Part shown: piece by piece, positions 39,363 through 48,016 of the stretch
Layout of the letters: each line of letters begins with the position of its first letter
Position numbering within the stretch: position 1 is the first letter of the stretch
Source: Candidatus Firestoneibacteriota bacterium
GTDB lineage: Bacteria; Oederibacteriota; D2-FULL-39-29; JBBTED01
NCBI GenBank assembly: GCA_038042445.1
Contig: JBBTED010000059.1
Span: 20,972-84,971, forward strand
Direction of reading: 5' to 3'
DNA: 64,000 nucleotides
Program-made: the position numbers and the translations under genes
Notes under the pieces: generated by a model
Databases searched by the model: none
The model's input: only the letters and a program-made list of their open reading frames with translations
Told to the model about the DNA's origin: nothing

Positions 39363-40115
39363 GTGTTTAAGAAAATATTGCTTAGATTCTTTTGGAAAGC
39401 TTATGATAATATAGGCAAGGTGTTTTATGTAAGTATTCTTTGGTTTGTCACCACAACCCCATTTTTTTTATTTACCACTTATGCACCATTTGTGCAATTA
39501 CTCAATATGATAATAAGTCTCATTTTTGCATTGCTTATTTTTGTTTCTGCTATTTCAAGTTTTAATGTGATGAGCATTGTGACGAGAGAAGGCAGTATTG
39601 AAGAAAAAAAAATATATCAGATGTTTTATAGCGGAATCCTGAGTTTCTTTAAAAAAGGCACAATTCTTTTTTTTATAAATATATTAATTCTTTTTTTTGC
39701 ATTTATAAATCTAAAATTTTATCTTTATTTGCCAGGCGCCTTAAAATATCTTGGTGCTATATTGTCCGGTATTATTTTTTGGATTTTGATTTTTTGGGCT
39801 ACGGTACATATATATATATTTCCACTACTTGTTAAAAAGGATTTAAGTTTATGGAGAACTATAAGAACAGCATTGTTGCTTACTTTGGATAATGTTTTTG
39901 CAAGTCTTGGAATTTTTGCAATTTGTGTTTTGTTTTTTGCTGTTCTTACTGTTTCAATTGCAGGTTTTGCATTGTTATTAGTTGGAGTCCTTGCAGTGTT
40001 TTTAGATGTGGCATTTGCTGAAATATGGAAAAAATATGATAAATTGGTAGATACTGAAAGCGATGAAGAAGAAAACAGAACATTTAAAGAACTAATAAAA
40101 CCCTGGGAAGCATGA
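39363..40115 (+). CDS. Integral membrane protein (DUF624/YesL-like)
   Basis: Five to six hydrophobic helices; the family assignment is tentative. Confidence 0.65.
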   Translation: MFKKILLRFFWKAYDNIGKVFYVSILWFVTTTPFFLFTTYAPFVQLLNMIISLIFALLIFVSAISSFNVMSIVTREGSIEEKKIYQMFYSGILSFFKKGTILFFINILILFFAFINLKFYLYLPGALKYLGAILSGIIFWILIFWATVHIYIFPLLVKKDLSLWRTIRTALLLTLDNVFASLGIFAICVLFFAVLTVSIAGFALLLVGVLAVFLDVAFAEIWKKYDKLVDTESDEEENRTFKELIKPWEA

Positions 40116-40140
40116 CCGAAGGGAATACTGGAAGTGAAAA

Positions 40141-40566
40141 ATGAGATTTGGCAAAAAACATAATAGAAAAACATCTGGAAGAGGTATAAAGCTAAGAAAT
40201 ATAATTGCTGTTCCTGTAATACAGGTGATGCATAAAAAAAATATTTTGGTAATAGCAATATTGATAATATTAATGTGGGTATTTTTAGGCGGAAAAAAAG
40301 GATTTGTAAAATTGGCTTCGTTGTATTTTAAAAAAGTCAAGATAGAGCAGGAAGTAGAGGAATTAAAAAAGACAAATGAGAAAGCTGAACTTGAAATCAA
40401 AGAATTAAAAGAAAATCCTGCAGCATTAGAACGCATAGCACGTGAAGAGCTTGGATTTGTAAAAAATGGAGAAATTATTTATAAATTTGTTGAGAAGAAC
40501 AATTCCCCCCTACCCCCCTTTAATAAAGGGGGTAAAGCAACGCCCCCTTTATTAAAGGGGGACTAA
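40141..40566 (+). CDS. ftsB: Septum formation initiator FtsB/DivIC
   Basis: TM helix, coiled coil, LERIAREELGFVKNGEIIY. The C-terminal tail is encoded by a repeat element; start uncertain. Confidence 0.85.
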   Translation: MRFGKKHNRKTSGRGIKLRNIIAVPVIQVMHKKNILVIAILIILMWVFLGGKKGFVKLASLYFKKVKIEQEVEELKKTNEKAELEIKELKENPAALERIAREELGFVKNGEIIYKFVEKNNSPLPPFNKGGKATPPLLKGD

Positions 40567-40574
40567 GGGGGAAT
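40502..40574. repeat. C-rich/G-rich palindromic element
   Basis: ATTCCCCCCTACCCCCCTTTAATAAAGGGGG...CCCCCTTTATTAAAGGGGGACTAAGGGGGAAT, nested inverted repeats. Confidence 0.85.
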
Positions 40575-40611
40575 AAATATTTCTCAGTTTAAAAACACAA
40601 AAAATTTTTGG

Positions 40612-40788
40612 ATGTTAAGCAGTTTAGGGCTAATGTTAGTTAGTTCAACATTTGTAGGATTAATTATAGGGTATTATTTAGATAAATGGTTTAAAACAGA
40701 TCCATATCTCACCATAATATTTTTTGTGCTTGGAATAATTTCAGGTTTTTTTACTGTGTTTAGAGATGTTAAGAAAATGAGAAATTGA
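40612..40788 (+). CDS. AtpZ/AtpI ('ATPase gene 1') family membrane protein, not in the ORF track
   Basis: MLSSLGLMLVSSTFVGLIIGYYLDKWFKTDPYLTIIFFVLGIISGF..., with the G..LD.W..T.P signature; the frame stays open back to 40567. Confidence 0.8.
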   Translation: MLSSLGLMLVSSTFVGLIIGYYLDKWFKTDPYLTIIFFVLGIISGFFTVFRDVKKMRN

Positions 40789-40792
40789 TAAA

Positions 40793-41086
40793 GTGAATTT
40801 CACTGAAATTATGAATATTTTTTTAGGATTTTTATCTGGAGTAGTCCTTGGAGCTTTAAATTTATTTTTACTTAAGATAACTGTACGTAGTGCAATTGGC
40901 AAAACGTTAAAAAAAGTCCGTCTGATTATAATATTTAGTTATTTTGTAAGATATGTTGTTATAGCGGTTCTTTTATTAATCATAATCAAAACTCAAGTCC
41001 TAAATGTATTTGCATTTGCAGGTGGTTTAGCGATTAGCACGTTTTTATTCCCTAAATTTCTTTCACGAATCGAAAATTTATCTTGA
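40793..41086 (+). CDS. atpI: ATP synthase subunit I-like membrane protein
   Basis: G...G.LN...L..., RY.......... hydrophobic helices; lies directly after the AtpZ-family gene. Confidence 0.7.
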   Translation: MNFTEIMNIFLGFLSGVVLGALNLFLLKITVRSAIGKTLKKVRLIIIFSYFVRYVVIAVLLLIIIKTQVLNVFAFAGGLAISTFLFPKFLSRIENLS

Positions 41087-41111
41087 CAATAGTTTGATAT
41101 CAAACTATAAT
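41083..41111 (+). promoter_or_regulatory. Consensus sigma70 promoter with an overlapping 20-bp palindromic operator
   Basis: TTGACA-17 nt-TATAAT; ATAGTTTGATATCAAACTAT at 41089-41108. Confidence 0.88.
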
Positions 41112-41117
41112 AAATCT

Positions 41118-41540
41118 ATGAAAATAAATAATATAATATCTTTGATTTCTCAAGTGAGAGAGAAAGCAAATAAATTTTTAGTTAAAGAAATGCATGGGAA
41201 AAATATAAAAGGTCTTGTAACTTCTCATGGAGATATAATATTTTCTCTTTTTGAAGAATCAAAACTTACGATGAAAGATTTAAAAGGAAAAACAGGAAAA
41301 GATAAATCAACAGTTACTGCGCTTGTAGATAAACTTGAAAAATTAGGTTTTGTTAAAAAAAATAAATCATTAGATGATGCAAGAATTACTTACATTACAT
41401 TAACAGAAAAAGGTTTGACTTTAAAACCGAAATTAATAGAAATTTCAGAGAAATTATTTAATAGTGCTTATAAAGGAATTGCAGATAAAGAAGTAGAGTT
41501 AGTAAATAACGTTTTAATAAAAATCAAAAAGAACCTGTAA
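41118..41540 (+). CDS. MarR family transcriptional regulator
   Basis: SHGDII, DKSTVTALVDKLEKLGFV, DAR.TYI.LT.KG. ATG at 41118 lies downstream of the promoter; the track's 41094 start is inside it. Confidence 0.92.
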   Translation: MKINNIISLISQVREKANKFLVKEMHGKNIKGLVTSHGDIIFSLFEESKLTMKDLKGKTGKDKSTVTALVDKLEKLGFVKKNKSLDDARITYITLTEKGLTLKPKLIEISEKLFNSAYKGIADKEVELVNNVLIKIKKNL

Positions 41541-41553
41541 TTTTTTTGGAATA

Positions 41554-41573
41554 ATAGTTTGATATCAAACTAT
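41554..41573. promoter_or_regulatory. Second identical copy of the palindromic operator
   Basis: ATAGTTTGATATCAAACTAT immediately downstream of marR. Confidence 0.85.
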
Positions 41574-41734
41574 ATATAATGGTTATGTAAAAAAACAAAA
41601 AGTGGGAGGTGGTGAAAGATGAAAGAAATATAAACTGTTAGGCCTTTGTTAAAAATAGAGGTCTAAAGAGGCTAAGTGTAATAAAATTAAGGCTTTTTCA
41701 ATTAAAAAGCCTGGTAAAAAAAGGGAGAGTTAAA

Positions 41735-42577
41735 ATGCAAAGAATAATTATTTTCATTACTGCAATTACATTATTTGTATTTGCAGGGGATAAAACTAAG
41801 GAGGCAAGCATGAATATTTCAAACAAAGAAAAAGTTGTAGCACTTTTAAAAAGTCTTGAAACAGGAGATCCGAGTCCTGTAGGATACATTAATTCTGAAA
41901 AGTATATCCAGCATAATCTTATGGTTGGCGATGGATTGAAAGGATTTGGTGAGCTTTTGAAACAAGTTCCAAAAGGAAGTTTAAAAGTTAATGTTATTCG
42001 TGTGTTTTCAGAGGGTAATTATGTATTTGCCCATACCGACTATGATTTTTTTGGGCCCAAAGCAGGATTTGATATTTTTAGATTTGAAAATGGAAAAATT
42101 GTTGAACATTGGGACAATCTTACTGAAAAAGCAAAAGCGCCAAATCCGAGTGGACATACTCAATTTGATGGAAGCACAAAAATTTCTGATATTGATAAAA
42201 CTAAAGATAACAAAAAATTGGTTGCAGATTTCGTAAAGACAATTCTTGTAGAAGGTAAGTTTGACAAATTAGGAAACTATTTTAACGGGGACTCTTATAT
42301 TCAGCATAATACAGTTATTGCAGATGGTCTTTCAGGCCTTGGAAAAGCTTTGGAGTCAATGGCGAAACAGGGCATCAAAATGATATATGATAAAAACCAT
42401 ATGGTATTTGGAGAAGGAAATTTCGTTCTTTCAGTGAGTGAAGGTCAATTTTCTGGAAAACATGTAGCTTTTTATGATTTATTCAGGGTTGAAAATCAGA
42501 AAATAGCTGAACATTGGGATATAATTGAGAAAATTCCGTCAAAAGATAAATGGGCAAATACTAACGGAAAATTTTAA
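41735..42577 (+). CDS. Tandem SnoaL-like (NTF2 fold) protein with a signal peptide
   Basis: Two repeats of YIQHN....DG...D.FR.EN.KI.EHWD. Confidence 0.88.
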   Translation: MQRIIIFITAITLFVFAGDKTKEASMNISNKEKVVALLKSLETGDPSPVGYINSEKYIQHNLMVGDGLKGFGELLKQVPKGSLKVNVIRVFSEGNYVFAHTDYDFFGPKAGFDIFRFENGKIVEHWDNLTEKAKAPNPSGHTQFDGSTKISDIDKTKDNKKLVADFVKTILVEGKFDKLGNYFNGDSYIQHNTVIADGLSGLGKALESMAKQGIKMIYDKNHMVFGEGNFVLSVSEGQFSGKHVAFYDLFRVENQKIAEHWDIIEKIPSKDKWANTNGKF

Positions 42578-42595
42578 TATTGTACTATTGTATCA

Positions 42596-42632
42596 AAAAA
42601 GTCCAATCTGTATTATGCAGATTGGACTTTTT
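42596..42632. terminator. Intrinsic terminator, bidirectional form
   Basis: AAAAAGTCCAATCTG...CAGATTGGACTTTTT. Confidence 0.8.
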
Positions 42633-42664
42633 GTTATAAATAATTCATATATAGATTTGTGTAT

Positions 42665-42693
42665 TTGACAAAACCTTAAAAGTGATGTATACT
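42665..42693 (+). promoter_or_regulatory. sigma70 promoter of the minor-pilin operon
   Basis: TTGACA-17 nt-TATACT; ATG follows after 9 nt. Confidence 0.75.
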
Positions 42694-42702
42694 ATATATA
42701 GT

Positions 42703-44514
42703 ATGCGAAATAAGTTTAAGATATTTAGAAAAATTGATGCATTTAGTTTGGTTGAGATTATGATTGCAGTTACAGTTATTGCATTATTATTGGTAGCTGT
42801 TCTTAAGATGTTTGCCAGTTTATCCAAAGGTGCTCTTATGGCAAAATTTAAGACAGTAGCAACAAATTTGGCGCAGGAAAAAATTGAGGTGTATAAGAAT
42901 TATTCGTATGATGAGTTGGTAACAGGTACAACTACTGACAATGTAACTATTGGTGATAAAGTGTATACTCGTAGTGTAGATGTATCATATATTGTGGAAT
43001 CTTCCGGAGTGATGATAGCTTCTACTACTGATCAAAATATTAAAAAACTCAATGTTGTTGTTAGGTGGACAGACGGGGGACAAGCAAAAAATTTCTCTCT
43101 AGATAATTTTTTTGCAAATCCCGGGGTGCCTGTTATGACAGGTTCTATAGAAGGAAAAATAACCAAATATGGGACGTCTACTATTGTAGATGATGCTACT
43201 GTTACTGTAGTATATCCTCCTGGTGTTTATTATTCTGCAATTAGTTCAGGTGCTACTGTTAATTATACTCTTACTAATATGGAAAATGGAACATATACTT
43301 TGTCTGTATCTAAAAGAACATATTTAACAGCTTATAGTGGTGCAATAACCATTTCTAATGGTTCAAGTTTTACAGGTGCGAATATTGCTATAACTTTAGT
43401 TTCTGTTGGAGTAGTTGCAGGAAATACATATCAAAGTGGTGGAGCTATTGAAGAAGCTGCTATAGTTTCTGTAAATGATAATGTTTCAGTTGAGACAACA
43501 AGTGCATCTGGAACAGGGTACTATATAATAAGTGATGTCAAAACAGGTGTCTGGACACTTACTGCAAGCAAAAGCAATACCTATGGCACACGTTCCGATA
43601 TCACAATTTCTGCAGGTGTTACTCTTACTGGAAGAAATATAACATTAAACCAAACAAATTCTGTAGGCAGGGTTTTAGGAAATGTAAAGGATGATACTGC
43701 AGCTAATGTGCAAAATGTAACTTTAAGTTGTAATGATGGAGTATCAGGTTCTACTTTATCAAATTCCAGTGGAAACTATACTTTGCTTAACACTGGGCTT
43801 GGAACGTGGACAGTTACAGCATCAAAGAATAATTATGTTTCAGGGACAAATGCGATTACTTTATTGAATAATGGAGAAACATTATCAGGTATAAATTTTA
43901 TTATAACCCGTGTAGGAAAAATTTCAGGAACTGTGGTAGACAGTGTAACTAGTGCAATAGCAAATATAAATGTTACGGCTACAGATCCACTTTCTGGTGG
44001 AACAGTTTTAGGTGTCGGGACAAGTAACTCAAGCGGTAATTTTACAATTAATAATGTTGCTGTGGGAACAAATTATATGGTTGAGCCGGTAGTTGGAAGT
44101 CAATATAATAGTTCTCCTTCAAGTGTTACAGGAGTTACTATAACACAAGGGAATATTACAAGTGTTGGTTCTTTTATACTTACTTCTGTAACCGGCACAA
44201 TAAGTGGTAACGTATATAATAGTAGCGGTAGATTAATTAACACAGGGGTTTTGATAACAGCTGCATCAAGTAGTGCTGCTGTGTCTCCTACAACTACTCC
44301 TACATTGAATGCATCATTTAGGTCAGGGACCAGTATTTTTTATAGTGCTTTATCTAATTATAGTGGTTTTTATAGTGTAACTGTTATGCAGGGTGTAACT
44401 TATACAGTATATGGCCAATATGTAACTACAACAAATAATATTGCTACAACAAAAACATCAACACTTACAAATATAAGTGTAGGGAGTACAAATGCAAATT
44501 TCACGTTTCCGTAA
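42703..44514 (+). CDS. Large PilV-like minor pilin with about five carboxypeptidase-regulatory-like beta-sandwich repeats
   Basis: Class III signal A|FSLVEIMIAV; A..LAQEKIE; repeat starts GSIEGKI, GVVAGNT, GRVLGNV, GKISGTV, GTISGNV; Ser/Thr-rich. Confidence 0.85.
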   Translation: MRNKFKIFRKIDAFSLVEIMIAVTVIALLLVAVLKMFASLSKGALMAKFKTVATNLAQEKIEVYKNYSYDELVTGTTTDNVTIGDKVYTRSVDVSYIVESSGVMIASTTDQNIKKLNVVVRWTDGGQAKNFSLDNFFANPGVPVMTGSIEGKITKYGTSTIVDDATVTVVYPPGVYYSAISSGATVNYTLTNMENGTYTLSVSKRTYLTAYSGAITISNGSSFTGANIAITLVSVGVVAGNTYQSGGAIEEAAIVSVNDNVSVETTSASGTGYYIISDVKTGVWTLTASKSNTYGTRSDITISAGVTLTGRNITLNQTNSVGRVLGNVKDDTAANVQNVTLSCNDGVSGSTLSNSSGNYTLLNTGLGTWTVTASKNNYVSGTNAITLLNNGETLSGINFIITRVGKISGTVVDSVTSAIANINVTATDPLSGGTVLGVGTSNSSGNFTINNVAVGTNYMVEPVVGSQYNSSPSSVTGVTITQGNITSVGSFILTSVTGTISGNVYNSSGRLINTGVLITAASSSAAVSPTTTPTLNASFRSGTSIFYSALSNYSGFYSVTVMQGVTYTVYGQYVTTTNNIATTKTSTLTNISVGSTNANFTFP

Positions 44515-44998
44515 CAATTGTGGTGTTACTATTACTGAGTTAATGGTAGCTGTAGGTGTACTTGGGATAATTGCATCTGTAAGTGCAGTGATGTTTACTA
44601 TGGGTTTTAGGTCATGGCGGCAAAGTTATGCGCAGATTGAAGTTCAGGGGGATGCCAGAAAAGTTCTTGATTTAATTGAGCGAAATTTACGTCAGGCAAC
44701 TGCAAGTACAGTTGTAATTTCACAAACAAGTGGACAGCCTGCTTATAGCAAAATTAGTTTTACTAAAGTAAATGGGGATGCAATGGAATTTTATCAAACT
44801 AATGATAAACTATATCAAAAAGTTGATACAAATGTAAATTTGTTAAGTAATAATGTGCAAAATGTATTATTTTCATATCCGGATACTTCGGATAGTTACA
44901 TAGTAGGAATAAGTGTAACTTTGCAGAAATCTACTTATGGTGGTGGTGCGAAAACAATTCAGTTGAGTGTGGAAAAAGTACAAATAAAAAACCCGTAA
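44492..44998 (+). CDS. PilW/GspJ-like minor pilin
   Basis: G|VTITELMVA prepilin site with E5; AR..LD.IERNLRQA. Confidence 0.82.
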   Translation: MQISRFRNNCGVTITELMVAVGVLGIIASVSAVMFTMGFRSWRQSYAQIEVQGDARKVLDLIERNLRQATASTVVISQTSGQPAYSKISFTKVNGDAMEFYQTNDKLYQKVDTNVNLLSNNVQNVLFSYPDTSDSYIVGISVTLQKSTYGGGAKTIQLSVEKVQIKNP

Positions 44999-45020
44999 TT
45001 AAAAAAGGAGGGAAAAACTA

Positions 45021-46445
45021 ATGAAAAAGAATAATTCTGAAAAAGGACAAGTTACTGTGATGATATTGATTGCATCAGTAGTATTAGTTGTACTTATTGG
45101 CACAATAGCTATGCTTATGAAACAAGAAAATAAATGGATGGTAAAAAGCAAAAAATCAACTGTAGCATTACATATTGCAGATGCTGCTATTGATAGAGTT
45201 ATATATAAACTTCAAATAGGGAATAACTGGGATAATATAACAAATTTGATAGGTTACAGAAATGATGTAACATATTCAGATATATCCGGTGGAACTTATG
45301 TTGTAAATGTGATAATTGGAGATGCTACTAATCAAGATAGTGACGATGATGGTATAGAAGATGATGAAGATGAAGATGATGATGATGATGGTATAGAAGA
45401 TGACATTGATGATGATGATGATGGTGATGGTATAGAAGATGATGATGACGATGGAGACGAAGAAGATGAAGATGAAGATGATGAAGATGAAGAGGGTGAA
45501 TTTGAAAATCGCAGAACAGTGATAATTACATCAACTGCTACTGGTACAGGCGAAAGAAGGAAATTGCAGGCAGTTCTTTCTAAAACCACATTAAATCGTG
45601 GTCTTTCAAGTGGTGGCCAGGCACTTTTAGGTGGAAGTTCTGATGTTTATTGGGGGCCAATTATTTCATATAGCATAGCTGATCCATCAATTAATGTTGG
45701 TACAAATAGTGTGAAAGACCATCCGGAGTGGTATGCTATGGGGCATATACACAAACAAAGTGGAGCAGAAATTACAACTGCTTCTTATTCTAACTACCAT
45801 CCCAATACTCCCTCTAGTAGTATGCCGGCTGTTGTAAATCTGGATTTTAATTATTTTAAAGCAGTAGCAAAATCTACAAATACATATTTTGCAAGTGATG
45901 TAACACATTCAACTTCTCAGATTGCTGATCATTCTCCACCAGCTGCTGCTGTTCACAATGCAAATCAGACACATTATCCTCCTATTGCAGCAGATTTTAC
46001 ATCATTAGCCACCCAATATACACAGGACATTGTGATTTTTGTAGATACTACTGATAAGCTTGCTTACAATGGGACAAATGGTTGTGGAACTGTTACGATG
46101 CAGGGTAATTATAATCACGGAACTTTAATTGTAATGGGAGATTTGGATTTTGGAGGCAATGGAACTGGATCATTAAGTGTGCCGATACCTTCTACTGCTG
46201 AGGGACAAGGTGGTCCAGACGAACCGAATCCTTATACTATAAATTTTGCGATATTCAAAGGGTTAATATATGTTGCAGATGATTTTACTGCTACAGGAAC
46301 TCCTGCGGTATTTGGCTGTATGATAGTTGGAGATTCACCGAATAATACAGGCAATGTTAAAATATATTACGACGAAAATTTGAACATAAACGGTACAGGT
46401 TTAAAAACAATTTCAGTTAGTTCCTGGCGCGAATTAGTTCCGTAG
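45021..46445 (+). CDS. PilX-like minor pilin, copy 1, with an Asp-rich insert
   Basis: KG|QVTVMIL (no E5), ALHIADAAI, C-terminal SWRE; strong SD AAGGAGG. Confidence 0.82.
   Translation: MKKNNSEKGQVTVMILIASVVLVVLIGTIAMLMKQENKWMVKSKKSTVALHIADAAIDRVIYKLQIGNNWDNITNLIGYRNDVTYSDISGGTYVVNVIIGDATNQDSDDDGIEDDEDEDDDDDGIEDDIDDDDDGDGIEDDDDDGDEEDEDEDDEDEEGEFENRRTVIITSTATGTGERRKLQAVLSKTTLNRGLSSGGQALLGGSSDVYWGPIISYSIADPSINVGTNSVKDHPEWYAMGHIHKQSGAEITTASYSNYHPNTPSSSMPAVVNLDFNYFKAVAKSTNTYFASDVTHSTSQIADHSPPAAAVHNANQTHYPPIAADFTSLATQYTQDIVIFVDTTDKLAYNGTNGCGTVTMQGNYNHGTLIVMGDLDFGGNGTGSLSVPIPSTAEGQGGPDEPNPYTINFAIFKGLIYVADDFTATGTPAVFGCMIVGDSPNNTGNVKIYYDENLNINGTGLKTISVSSWRELVP
45336..45500 (+). repeat. Coding GAT/GAA tract with a 39-bp period
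   Basis: GATGGTATAGAAGATGA at 45348, 45387 and 45426; encodes DxDxDGIEDD three times. Confidence 0.9.
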
Positions 46446-46603
46446 TGGAAAAGTACAAATAAGGAATAGTTCTGTCATTGCGTCATTTCCAATCAAGTTG
46501 GGACAAGAAAGAAAAATATAGTTCTTCTGGGATTTTAGTGAGTTCTCTTGTAATAAGTTAGTCATTCTTAAAATGGCTGTTCCACAATATAAATGCCTTT
46601 AAA

Positions 46604-47905
46604 ATGAAAACTACTAAAAAAGGACAAGTTACTGTGATGATATTGATTGCATCAGTAGTATTACTTGTACTTATTGGCACAATAGTTATGCTTATGAAAC
46701 AAGAAAATAAATGGATGATAAAAACCAAACATTCTACTACAGCATTACATATTGCAGATGCTGCTATTGATAGAGTTATATATAAACTTCAAATAGGAAA
46801 TAATTGGAATAATGTAACAGGTTTAACAGGTTATAGAAATGATGTAACACATTCAGATATAGCTGGTGGTACGTATGTTGTAAATGTGGTAATTGGAGAT
46901 ACTTCTAATGACCCGGGTCAGGAAGAACAAGATGATGAAGAAGAAGAAGTGGCAGATGAATTTACAAATAATAGAACAGTAATAGTTACAGCAACGAGTA
47001 CCGGCACAAGAGAAAAAAGAAAATTGCAAGTAGTTCTTTATAAAACTACATTAAATCGTGGTCTTTCAAGTGGTGGCCAGTCATTTTTGGGCGGTAGTTC
47101 TGATGTTTACTGGGCACCAATTCTTTCATATAGTACAGCTGACCCCTCAATTGATGTAGGCACAAATAGTGTGAAGGACCATCCAGAATGGTATGCTGTG
47201 GGACATATACATAAACAAAGTGGAGCAGAAATTACAACTGCTTCTTATTCTAACTACCATCCCAATACTCCCTCTAGTAGTATGCCGGCTGTTGTAAGTC
47301 TGGATTTTGATTATTTTAAAGCAGTAGCAAAATCTACAAATACATATTTTTCAAGTGGTGTAAACCATTCTACTTCTCAAATTGCTGATCATGCTCCACC
47401 AGCTGTAGCTGCGCATAATGCAGATGGAACACATTATCCACCTATAAAAGCAGATTTTGAAGCATTAGCCACTCAGTATACACAGGACATTGTGATTTTT
47501 GTGGATACTACTGATACGCTTGCTTACAATGGAACAAATGGCTGTGGAATTGTGCAAATGCAAGGGGGATATAATCATGGGACTTTAATTGTAATGGGAG
47601 ATTTAAACTTTGGAGGTAATGGTGGTGGAACATTAACTGTGCCTATACCTTCTACTGCTGCTGCACAACACGGTCCTACGAGTCCGGATCCGTATACTAT
47701 AAATTTTGCGATATTTAAAGGGTTAATATATGTTGCAGATGATTTTACTGCTACAGGAACTCCTGCTGTATTTGGATGTGTAATAGTTGGAGATTCACCC
47801 AACAATACAGGCAGTGTTAAAATATATTACGATGAAAATCTAAATCTAACAGGCACAGGTTTAAAAACAATTTCAATTAAATCCTGGCGCGAATTAGTTC
47901 CATAA
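46604..47905 (+). CDS. PilX-like minor pilin, copy 2 (tandem paralog)
   Basis: Collinear with 45021-46445; for example 47213-47297 is identical to 45753-45837. The acidic insert is shorter. Confidence 0.82.
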   Translation: MKTTKKGQVTVMILIASVVLLVLIGTIVMLMKQENKWMIKTKHSTTALHIADAAIDRVIYKLQIGNNWNNVTGLTGYRNDVTHSDIAGGTYVVNVVIGDTSNDPGQEEQDDEEEEVADEFTNNRTVIVTATSTGTREKRKLQVVLYKTTLNRGLSSGGQSFLGGSSDVYWAPILSYSTADPSIDVGTNSVKDHPEWYAVGHIHKQSGAEITTASYSNYHPNTPSSSMPAVVSLDFDYFKAVAKSTNTYFSSGVNHSTSQIADHAPPAVAAHNADGTHYPPIKADFEALATQYTQDIVIFVDTTDTLAYNGTNGCGIVQMQGGYNHGTLIVMGDLNFGGNGGGTLTVPIPSTAAAQHGPTSPDPYTINFAIFKGLIYVADDFTATGTPAVFGCVIVGDSPNNTGSVKIYYDENLNLTGTGLKTISIKSWRELVP

Positions 47906-47914
47906 TAAGATTGC

Positions 47915-48004
47915 GTCATTGCGAGGAACGAAGTGACAAAGCAATCTGATTTTTGTATTGCGACTAAAGAGATTGCTTCACTTCCTTTGGTCATTCGCAA
48001 TGAC
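47915..48004. repeat. Palindromic element, GTCATTGCGA...TCGCAATGAC family
   Basis: Same family as 17555-17626, in the opposite orientation. Confidence 0.85.
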
Positions 48005-48016
48005 AAAAATGTCAAA

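Noticed and set aside
41603..41633. Strong SD followed by the minigene MKEI*
   Set aside because: Four codons only; it may be a deletion scar, but nothing more can be supported.
45332..45589. Poly-Ser ORF on the minus strand
   Set aside because: It is simply the reverse complement of the GAT-rich Asp tract.
45021..47905. Possible DGR template/variable repeat or shufflon in the PilX-like pair
   Set aside because: Both copies are full-length ORFs, the differences are not confined to adenines, and no reverse transcriptase or invertase is in the window.
47933..48016. N-terminal extension of the DUF2723 ORF in the track
   Set aside because: It derives from the palindromic element and has no convincing SD; the ATG at 48017 is preferred.
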